Assembly (NCBI GenBank): GCA_963708295.1
Contig: CAVPSJ010000017.1
Span: 320,001-384,000, forward strand
From: an uncultured delta proteobacterium
GTDB taxonomy: Bacteria; Desulfobacterota; BSN033; UBA1163
Direction of reading: 5' to 3'
DNA: 64,000 bases
Position numbers and translations under genes: made by a program
Notes under the pieces: generated by a model
What the model saw: the letters and a program-made list of their open reading frames with translations, nothing else
What the model was told of the DNA's origin: nothing
Database searches by the model: none
Shown: piece after piece, positions 56,438-64,000 of the stretch
Numbering within the stretch: the first letter of the stretch is position 1
How the letters are laid out: every line of letters begins with the position of its first letter

Positions 56438-57958
56438 ATGCTGAAAAGAAGAAAAGTTCTATTTTCGTATTTGACCCTGGCTTTCATATTAGTTCTTTCA
56501 GTCCAAGTCGTCTTCGCTCAAGAACTCACCCCGGCAAAAAAGACAGCCGTTGCTTGGGTGGATGGGGCAAAGGGCACTTTTGAAGAAATTGCAAAGTATA
56601 TATGGGATAATCCCGAGCTGAGTTTGGTCGAGTTTAAATCTTCGGGGAAATTACAGGAATATCTGGCAAAGAATGGATTCAAAATTGAAAAGGGTGTTGC
56701 AGGAATGCCAACGGCCTTCGTGGCAACCTGGGGGTCGGGCAAGCCTGTCATCGGATTTCTCGCAGAGTTTGATGCCCTTCCAAACCTCTCTCAGAAAAGT
56801 GGTGAGCTGACAAAAACAGAGATCATCCCCGGAGGCCCTGGACAGGGCTGCGGCCACAACGTTTTCGGGACTGCCAGTTCCACCGCAGCCATCGCCACCA
56901 AAGTGGCCATGGAAAAACATGGAATCAAGGGAACGGTGAAGGTCTTTGGCACCCCGGCTGAAGAGACTCTGGTCGGCAAAGTCTTTATGGCAAGAGACGG
57001 AGTTTTCGATGGGACCGATATCATCATCACCTGGCATCCCGGGGATGGAAACGGAGTTGATTACTCATCCATGTTGGCGATGACCAGTGCGAAATTTCAA
57101 TTCAAGGGGAAATCGGCCCATGGTGCCGCTGCTCCTGAAATGGGAAGAAGCGCCCTGGATGCGGTGGAGCTCATGGATATCGGGATGAATTTCATGAGGG
57201 AACACGTCGTCCAGGAAGCGAGGATCATGTATGTGATTACGAAGGGGGGCGAGGTTCCTAATAACGTACCTCCGGATGCGGAAGTCTGGTATTTTATAAG
57301 GGCTCCTCGAAGAACGCAGGTTGACCAGATCTGGAGTTGGATGCAGGATGTTGCTAAGGGTGCGGCGCTCATGACTCAGACGAAGATGAGTTCTAATATT
57401 TTGGCAGCGACGTGGGAAGTCCTTCCGAATAAGGCTCTGGATAAGATGGGCGATGCCAATGCAACAGCGATCGGCGCTCCGAGCTTTACTCCTGAAGACC
57501 AGAAGTTTGGCGAGGCAGTGATCAAATCGTTGGGAAAAGAGGTCAAAGGGGACGCCTTCGATACGACCATCACTCATCCTGACCTGAGCAAGACATTTCC
57601 GGATGTCTTTGTGGTGAAGGCCTCAAGCGATCAAGGTAATGTAAGCTGGATGTTTCCTATGCTTCTTTTCAGGGCTGCAACCCAAGCCAAGGGAACGCCA
57701 GGCCATTCCTGGCAAATGGTTTGCCAGACGAGTACGTCACCGGCCATGAAAGGCGGTCTGGCGGTCAGCAAGTGGATGGCTGCATCGGCTCTTGACTGTC
57801 TCACCCAGCCGGAAATAATAGCTGAGGCCTGGAAGGAGCACAATAAAAGTCTTGCCGAAACCAAGTATTACCATCCGATCCCTGCGGATCTGAAAGTTCC
57901 AAGCTTTAAGGATTTGTACGGTATGGAGCCGGGAGCCGTCCCGGGCATGAAGAAGTAG
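56438..57958 (+). CDS. M20 amidohydrolase (AbgB-like) with an N-terminal signal peptide
   Basis: MLKRRK followed by a hydrophobic stretch and VFA; NPELSLVEF, AEFDALP, GCGHN, TPAEE, WHP, GRSALDAVE, GHSW. Confidence 0.85.
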   Translation: MLKRRKVLFSYLTLAFILVLSVQVVFAQELTPAKKTAVAWVDGAKGTFEEIAKYIWDNPELSLVEFKSSGKLQEYLAKNGFKIEKGVAGMPTAFVATWGSGKPVIGFLAEFDALPNLSQKSGELTKTEIIPGGPGQGCGHNVFGTASSTAAIATKVAMEKHGIKGTVKVFGTPAEETLVGKVFMARDGVFDGTDIIITWHPGDGNGVDYSSMLAMTSAKFQFKGKSAHGAAAPEMGRSALDAVELMDIGMNFMREHVVQEARIMYVITKGGEVPNNVPPDAEVWYFIRAPRRTQVDQIWSWMQDVAKGAALMTQTKMSSNILAATWEVLPNKALDKMGDANATAIGAPSFTPEDQKFGEAVIKSLGKEVKGDAFDTTITHPDLSKTFPDVFVVKASSDQGNVSWMFPMLLFRAATQAKGTPGHSWQMVCQTSTSPAMKGGLAVSKWMAASALDCLTQPEIIAEAWKEHNKSLAETKYYHPIPADLKVPSFKDLYGMEPGAVPGMKK

Positions 57959-58051
57959 GATCAGAAAAAAATCGGGATTGATTGGGGGGAGGGACCTTTG
58001 GAAAACCCTCCCCCCTATTTTGTAGGCATTGAGCCAACCCATCAGTTTACC

Positions 58052-58080
58052 TTGACAAGCCAACACTCTTACAATATATT
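58052..58080 (+). promoter_or_regulatory. Sigma70 promoter for the liv operon
   Basis: TTGACA-17-TATATT. Confidence 0.65.
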
Positions 58081-58130
58081 ATCACTCGCTTGATGAGGTT
58101 ACAGTCTATCGAATGAAAGGGGGAGGATTT

Positions 58131-59303
58131 ATGAGAAGGAGGGTTCTGCTTATACTGATGGGTTTGATGCTAGGGATCTGTCTTTCCAGCAATGTTTGGG
58201 CAGCAGACGTGATCAAAATCGGATTTGACATTGAATTGACAGGGGACATCCCCAAGGTCGGCGAGGCGTCAAAATACGCTGCCGAGATGCTCAGGGATCA
58301 GATGAATCGCGCGGGTGGGCTCAAGGTCGGGAATAAATCCTACCCGTTAAATTTTGTTTACGAGGACAACGAGGCCAAAGCGGAGTCTGCCGCAGCCGCG
58401 GCCCTGAAGCTCATCACGCAGCACCAGGTTCTGGGTATCATCGGCCCACAAGCGAGCAAGCAAGCGATCCCGGCTGGAGAGGTGGCTGATACGAATCAGA
58501 CCGTGATGATCAGCGGCTGGTCCACCAACCCCAAAACCACTCAGGATCGGCCCTGGGTCTTCCGCGCCTGTTTCCTGGACCCCTTTCAGGGGCCTGTGCT
58601 TGCAAAGTTCGCCACGGAGGAGTTAAAAGCCAAGAAGGCGGCAGTCCTTTACGACATTGCCAGCGATTATCCCAAAGGTCTGGCCGAGTTCTTTAAGGAG
58701 GCCTTTGAGAAGATTCATGGGAAGGGTTCCGTGGCGGCCTTTGAAACCTTTACCACCAAAGACCGGGATTTCAGCGCCCAGCTCACCAAGATTGTGGCGT
58801 CGAAGGCGGATGTCCTGTTCACGCCCCAGTACTACGATGAGGTCCCCCTGATTGTAAAGCAGGCCCATGAATTGGGGTGGAAGAAACCTATCCTGGGGAG
58901 TGATTCCTGGGGGTCGGCCGAGTTGATGAACCTCTGCGGCAATGACTGCAAGGGTCTCTTCTTCAGCACCCATTATGCCGCGGCCGGGGCCAAGGGAGCG
59001 ACCAAACAGTTCATCGATCAATACAAAGCCAAGTACGGATACGAACCGGATGACGTGTCCGCTTTGACCTGGGACGCCACCCGGCTTTTGCTTCAGGCCA
59101 TTCAGAATACGAATGGCCTGACAGGAGATCTGAAGAAAGACAGGAAAGCCATCCGGGATCAGATGGCCAAGATCCGGGCGTTCGATGGAATCACCGGGAA
59201 GATGTCCTTCGACGGGAAGACCGGAGATCCTATCAAGTGCGCCGTGATCGTCAAGATCAGTCAAGAAGGGAAGTTTGAGTTTTACAAATCCGTTTGCCCA
59301 TGA
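58131..59303 (+). CDS. livK: Branched-chain amino acid ABC transporter substrate-binding protein
   Basis: Signal peptide, IKIG, STNPKTT, FRACFLDPFQG, DFSAQLTKI. Confidence 0.85.
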   Translation: MRRRVLLILMGLMLGICLSSNVWAADVIKIGFDIELTGDIPKVGEASKYAAEMLRDQMNRAGGLKVGNKSYPLNFVYEDNEAKAESAAAAALKLITQHQVLGIIGPQASKQAIPAGEVADTNQTVMISGWSTNPKTTQDRPWVFRACFLDPFQGPVLAKFATEELKAKKAAVLYDIASDYPKGLAEFFKEAFEKIHGKGSVAAFETFTTKDRDFSAQLTKIVASKADVLFTPQYYDEVPLIVKQAHELGWKKPILGSDSWGSAELMNLCGNDCKGLFFSTHYAAAGAKGATKQFIDQYKAKYGYEPDDVSALTWDATRLLLQAIQNTNGLTGDLKKDRKAIRDQMAKIRAFDGITGKMSFDGKTGDPIKCAVIVKISQEGKFEFYKSVCP

Positions 59304-59390
59304 AGTCCTTCTGATAAAGCCTTTCAGAGAGCGGAGGGGGCCGGATGGAAGACTTCTTCCGCTCTTCCTTCGTCTTAGGAGATAGCAGAA

Positions 59391-60323
59391 TTGACCCTCT
59401 CCATGTTCATTCAAAACGTTATTAACGCCCTCCAGTGGGGAAGCTTTTATGCCCTGATCGCGCTGGGGTATTCCATGGTCTACGGGGTGTTGCTTCTTAT
59501 CAACTTTGCCCACGGAGATATCTTCATGGTGGGAGCTTACGTTGGTTTTTTCATCTCAACCTTTCTGCTGGGGGCTTATGCTTTCCAGCTTCCATGGACT
59601 TTGTCGGGTGGCCTTGTCATTTTCTTGACGTTCTTCCTGACCATGGCGGTCACCGCCGGGGTAGGGGTGACCATCGAAAGGGTCGCTTACCGTCCTTTAC
59701 GTCGAAAGGGGGTCAGTCGGCTCTATGTGGTGATCACTGCCCTGATGGTGGGGTTGTTGCTGGAGAATGGGAATCTCGCCCTGCTGGGCGCCAGCCGGAG
59801 AAGCTTTCCTGAACTCATCCCCAAGGTTCTGTACAGTGTCGGAGACGTGAACTTTACCAATATAAAGATCATTGTCATCATCGTCACCGTGTTGGTGTTC
59901 GTCTTCCTTCAGACCGTAGTGCTTAAAACCAAATGGGGTATGGCCATGCGGGCCATCTCTTATGATCGGATGGCCGTCCCTCTGATGGGAATCCCGGCTG
60001 ACACGATCATTGTCATGACCTTTGTGCTGGGGTCTTCACTGGCCGCTGTGGCCGGAATCCTCTTCGCCATCTCCTACCCGATTTTGGAGCCTTACATGGG
60101 AGCCCTGGTGGGCTGGAAGGCGTTTATCTCCGCGGTGGTGGGCGGAATCGGCGACATTCGCGGGGCTTTCGTGGGAGGACTGATTCTGGGATTTACAGAA
60201 ATCTTTGTGGCAGCCCTGTTTCCTTCTACTCTCCGCGATCTCATCGCCTTCGGGGTCCTGTTATTGATTTTGACGCTCCGCCCGACTGGCATCTTCGGCG
60301 TCGCAAGGAGGACGAAGGTATAA
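59391..60323 (+). CDS. livH: BCAA ABC transporter permease
   Basis: GSFYALIALGYSMVYGVL..INFAHG, GMAMRA, AVVGGIG, RPTGIFG. Confidence 0.92.
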   Translation: MTLSMFIQNVINALQWGSFYALIALGYSMVYGVLLLINFAHGDIFMVGAYVGFFISTFLLGAYAFQLPWTLSGGLVIFLTFFLTMAVTAGVGVTIERVAYRPLRRKGVSRLYVVITALMVGLLLENGNLALLGASRRSFPELIPKVLYSVGDVNFTNIKIIVIIVTVLVFVFLQTVVLKTKWGMAMRAISYDRMAVPLMGIPADTIIVMTFVLGSSLAAVAGILFAISYPILEPYMGALVGWKAFISAVVGGIGDIRGAFVGGLILGFTEIFVAALFPSTLRDLIAFGVLLLILTLRPTGIFGVARRTKV

Positions 60324-60501
60324 AACAAATTTTTTAATCTCAAATTTCAAAATCCAAATGTCAAAGGAATGCCAAAGTTCCAAGAAAATTGACAGTTGGA
60401 ATTTAGGGCTTGATGTGACATGTGAAGTTTGGAGTCTGACATGAGCGCCTCCTGACTCACCGACATGGATTTAGGGTGAAAGTATTCATTGGATTTGAGG
60501 G

Positions 60502-61524
60502 ATGAGTAAGTATTCGCTGACACTTCTGGCGTTTGTTTTCTTCGTTCTGGCGGTGGGGCTATCCTGGACCGGAACGTTGAGTTCATATACTCAATTGATT
60601 CTCATGTTCGTCGGCGTCAATATCATGCTGTCCTCGAGTCTGAACCTCGTCAATGGATACATGGGAGAGTTTTCCTGCGGACATGCGGGGTTCATGGCGG
60701 TAGGGGCCTACTCGACTTCACTCCTCACCGTCTGGTTCTTCACATCGGGTTCGGTCTTTGGTCCTAACCTTCTCCCTCCCGCGTGGGCCGCCTTGCTATT
60801 CCCTCTCATCCTCCTCTTCGGAGGAATCATGGCAGCCTTGGTGGGTCTCCTGGTGGCTTTCCCCTCTTTCCGGACCCGTGGGGATTACCTGGCCATCATC
60901 ACCTTGGCGGTGAACTACATCGTCAAATCCGCCATTGAGAACATTCAGCCCATCGGGGGAGCCCGGGGCTTCATGGGGATGGGTCGGGTAGTGAACGGGA
61001 TGAAAGAGGTGGCGGATATTCCCTGGATGATGATCTGGACATGGGTCTTTGCTTTTCTGACCATTTTGCTCATCAAGCGGTTTGTCTCCTCCACCTACGG
61101 GAAGGGAATTATTGCGATTCGTGACGACGAGATCGCTGCAGAGATTATGGGCGTGAATACTCGAAGGGCAAAGATGGTGGCCTTCATGCTCTCTTCTGGG
61201 CTCGCGGGGTTTGCAGGAGGACTCTTTGCCCACATCCTCGGTTACATCAACCCGGGCAGCTTCGGGATTATGAAATCGACCGAAGCCCTTGTGATGGTCT
61301 ATTTAGGAGGGATGGGTTCCTTGAGCGGATCCGTGCTCAGCGCAGTCGTCTTCACCCTCCTCCTTGAAGTCCTGAGGCCTTTGCAACTTTACAAATGGGT
61401 GGTGGTGCCGTTGATCTTGATCCTCCTGATGCTCTTCCGGACCGAAGGACTCTTGGGCCATCGAGAGCTCACCGATGTTTTCCCGCGTCTGAAACGCATT
61501 TTTCGATCAGAGGCCGTGTCGTGA
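60502..61524 (+). CDS. livM: BCAA ABC transporter permease
   Basis: LNLVNGYMGEFSCGHAGF, RGDYLAIITL, AIRDDEIAA, GGMGS. Confidence 0.92.
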   Translation: MSKYSLTLLAFVFFVLAVGLSWTGTLSSYTQLILMFVGVNIMLSSSLNLVNGYMGEFSCGHAGFMAVGAYSTSLLTVWFFTSGSVFGPNLLPPAWAALLFPLILLFGGIMAALVGLLVAFPSFRTRGDYLAIITLAVNYIVKSAIENIQPIGGARGFMGMGRVVNGMKEVADIPWMMIWTWVFAFLTILLIKRFVSSTYGKGIIAIRDDEIAAEIMGVNTRRAKMVAFMLSSGLAGFAGGLFAHILGYINPGSFGIMKSTEALVMVYLGGMGSLSGSVLSAVVFTLLLEVLRPLQLYKWVVVPLILILLMLFRTEGLLGHRELTDVFPRLKRIFRSEAVS

Positions 61525-61555
61525 TTGAGCGGAAGTCTCTCAAAAGAGGAGGTCC

Positions 61556-62323
61556 ATGGCGCTCTTTGAGGTACGCGGACTCACCCATTTTTTTGGAGGG
61601 CTGAGAGCCGTTTCTAATTTTAACTTGACCTTTGAGGGTGGAGAACTGATGGGGTTGATCGGCCCCAACGGAGCCGGCAAAACCACGATCTTCAACCTGG
61701 TGTGCGGAGTCTACCACCCGACCCACGGGGAAGTAAGGATTGACGGGCGAAGTCTTACGCGACTCTTCCCTCATCAGGTGACAGCCCTGGGGATCGCCAG
61801 GACATTTCAAAACATCCGTCTCTGGCCTGAAATGACAGTCCTGGATAACATCCGGGTTGCCCACAACACCAAATTGAGCTATGGATTTCTCGATACGATC
61901 TTTCAGACCTCCAGGTACCGCAGAGAAGAAAAAGGGATTGATCGAAGATCTGGAGAGGTCCTTGAAATTATGGGACTCCGGGATTATGCCCGAGAACTGG
62001 CCAAGAACCTTCCTTATGGCCTCCAGCGCAAAGTGGAAATTGCTCGGGCTCTTGTCATACGCCCCAAGCTGCTCCTTCTGGATGAACCGTCTGCCGGCAT
62101 GAACCTCGGCGAAAAAGAGGCTTTGATCGGGCTCATCCGCTGGATCCGTAAAGAGTTCAACCTTACCCTCTGGCTTATCGAGCACGAGATGAGAGTGGTG
62201 ATGAACCTCTGTGAGAAGATTCAAGTATTAGATTTCGGAGAGACGATCGCCTCCGGAAGGCCGGATGAAATCCAGAGCAACCCTCGCGTGGTGGAGGCTT
62301 ACCTCGGAAAAGAGATCGACTGA
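61556..62323 (+). CDS. livG: BCAA ABC transporter ATPase
   Basis: FGGLRAV, GPNGAGKTT, RTFQNIRL, LPYGLQRKVEIARAL, VEAYLG. Confidence 0.93.
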   Translation: MALFEVRGLTHFFGGLRAVSNFNLTFEGGELMGLIGPNGAGKTTIFNLVCGVYHPTHGEVRIDGRSLTRLFPHQVTALGIARTFQNIRLWPEMTVLDNIRVAHNTKLSYGFLDTIFQTSRYRREEKGIDRRSGEVLEIMGLRDYARELAKNLPYGLQRKVEIARALVIRPKLLLLDEPSAGMNLGEKEALIGLIRWIRKEFNLTLWLIEHEMRVVMNLCEKIQVLDFGETIASGRPDEIQSNPRVVEAYLGKEID

Positions 62324-63048
62324 TGCTTCTGTCCGTTGAAGATCTACACGTGGGCTATGGCGCGATTGAGGCCCTTCACGGGATCACCTTTGAGGTGGAG
62401 AAAGGGGAAATCGTTACCCTGATCGGCGCCAATGGTGCCGGGAAATCCACAACCCTGATGAGCCTCATGCGCCTTCCGCCACCGGAAGCCCCGACCTATC
62501 GTTCAGGGAAGATGATCTTTGAGGGACAAGATCTCACACCGTTTTCGCCTCATCACGTCGTGAGCCGCTTGGGGATCTCCCTGGTGCCGGAGGGAAGAAG
62601 GATCTTCGGGAATCTGACGGTCTGGGAGAATTTGAAGATTGCGGCGTATGCTCATGAGGATCACCAAGAGATTCAGCGGAAAGCCAAGTGGATCTTTGGC
62701 CTCTTTCAACGGCTGGAGGAGCGCCGCCATCAGATGGCGGATACCCTGAGTGGCGGGGAACAGCAAATGCTCGCCGTGGCTCGTGCCATGATGACCGGAG
62801 GGAGGATGATGCTTCTGGATGAGCCCTCCATGGGACTCGCTCCTTTCTTGATGTACGAACTCTTCCACGTCTTGAGGGAGATCAATCTGCAGGGAACCAC
62901 CATCCTGCTCGTGGAGCAAAACGCCCGCATCGCCCTTAAATATGCCCACCGGGGCTATGTTTTGGAGACGGGCAACATCATGTTGGAGGGAAATGCAAAG
63001 GATCTAGCACAGAACGAGGAAGTCAAAAAGGCTTATCTGGGAGAGTGA
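62323..63048 (+). CDS. livF: BCAA ABC transporter ATPase
   Basis: GANGAGKST, VPEGRRIF, LSGGEQQM, DEPSMGLAP, VEQNA. Confidence 0.93.
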   Translation: MLLSVEDLHVGYGAIEALHGITFEVEKGEIVTLIGANGAGKSTTLMSLMRLPPPEAPTYRSGKMIFEGQDLTPFSPHHVVSRLGISLVPEGRRIFGNLTVWENLKIAAYAHEDHQEIQRKAKWIFGLFQRLEERRHQMADTLSGGEQQMLAVARAMMTGGRMMLLDEPSMGLAPFLMYELFHVLREINLQGTTILLVEQNARIALKYAHRGYVLETGNIMLEGNAKDLAQNEEVKKAYLGE

Positions 63049-63058
63049 AGTTCACTGG

Positions 63059-63399
63059 CAGGTTGCTGAAAAATGGCCATCTGCGGCGTTATCCGGTCCC
63101 CTTCGGGGACGTGGCAAGAAATCGCTCCTTATTCGTCGCGACGCCGTCCGGCCATCTCACAAACTCGATGGCGTGACAAAAAGTTGTGACTTATTCGTCA
63201 CAACGTCACCCCCTCATCCTCGCCCTGTTAGATGAAGAGGGCTAGTTCTTAGAAAGAAGCGCGCATATATTCTGGGACTTGATAAATGGGAAACTCGACC
63301 AGGGTATTATCTAACGGGGCAAGCACCGTAGGGACGCATATATGCGTCCCCTACAAAGGATTTCGGGGCCTTGCCTCTGGCCCTTTTTGAAGCAACCTG
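63059..63399. mobile_element. MITE with IS-type TIRs containing a nested second MITE and a GTAG-type REP
   Basis: Ends CAGGTTGCTGAAAAA and TTTTTGAAGCAACCTG; inner GCCCTGTTAGAT..ATCTAACGGGGC (63222-63320); GTAGGGACGCATATATGCGTCCCCTAC (63328-63354). Confidence 0.75.
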
Positions 63400-63612
63400 G
63401 AAGGTGATTTTTTTCCCGGTGTAGCAACTCGTAACTAAATTCCACAAGTTACCGGGTTCATGTTGGGCACAGGTAGATTTCTTTTGGATTGATCCTGCAA
63501 GATGCTTCGTACACCATTCGGATTTTGGATTTTTCCAGAACATCTGTAATAATATGGTTTGAACGCTGGTAGGATTCCCGAAAAGGACCCGAGGTTGGAG
63601 AGGAGCGATGCA

Positions 63613-63999
63613 ATGAAGTTCCCTGAAAAGTTGCTTTACACGGATACGCATGAATGGGTGAGAAATGAAGGAAACCGGGTAACGGTTGGATTGACAGATT
63701 ATGCTCAAAGTCAACTCAAGGATATCGTTTATGTGGAGCTTCCCGAGATAGGATCCGGGTTCAAGAAAGGGGAAACCATTGGCGTGGTGGAGTCGGTGAA
63801 GACTGCGGCCGATCTCTTCTCTCCGGTGACCGGCAAAGTGACAGAAACAAACGCTACCCTTAAGGATAGCCCTCAATTCATCAATGAAGATCCTTATGGA
63901 AAGGGATGGATTCTGAAGATGGATCTCCGGGACAGAGAAGAGTTAAAAAGACTTCTAACGTCCGAAACGTATCAAGGGTCTTTGCCTAAGGAAGAATAG
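63613..63999 (+). CDS. gcvH: Glycine cleavage system H protein
   Basis: YTDTHEWV, GLTDYAQ..L.DIVYVELP, lipoyl site VESVK, INEDPYGKGW. Confidence 0.95.
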   Translation: MKFPEKLLYTDTHEWVRNEGNRVTVGLTDYAQSQLKDIVYVELPEIGSGFKKGETIGVVESVKTAADLFSPVTGKVTETNATLKDSPQFINEDPYGKGWILKMDLRDREELKRLLTSETYQGSLPKEE

Positions 64000-64000
64000 A

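Overview
This is 64 kb of chromosome from a GC-rich anaerobe, probably Desulfobacterota/deltaproteobacterial (inferred from gene content). Left to right: (1) a Pat-type acetyltransferase, then a same-strand energy cluster of a Tat-exported Arr/Arx-like molybdoenzyme, a 4Fe-4S subunit, an NrfD anchor, a 73-aa membrane protein, a FadF/HdrF (EMO-like) oxidoreductase and EtfBA. (2) acpH and rluA, then a ~6 kb integrase-less defence islet at tRNA-Phe (AEP-primase/SF2 helicase, HEPN/MNT pair, orphan AbiEi, AbiEii remnants) whose direct repeat extends ~1 kb and duplicates rluA. (3) A ~20 kb anaerobic cobalamin operon (including cbiR and cbiMNQO) under a cobalamin riboswitch. (4) exbBD-tonB-like genes, pfkB, glmM, an atypical GlmU-like gene, a SPOR/J-HTH/MinD trio, glmU-glmS, pcrA, gcvR, an M20 amidohydrolase, livKHMGF and gcvH. 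The most unusual observations are: the molybdoenzyme has Glu where ArrA has its Mo-ligating Cys; a ~310-nt highly paired candidate ncRNA lies upstream of exbB; an ~81-codon in-frame stack of nested palindromic repeats sits inside cbiR; a decayed GIY-YIG mini-element is inserted at a reconstructed ATGA stop/start overlap; and nested REP/MITE elements are widespread, including inside the riboswitch. About nine single-base frameshifts in otherwise intact genes look like sequencing or assembly indels. All calls come from reading motifs by eye; no searches or folding programs were run.
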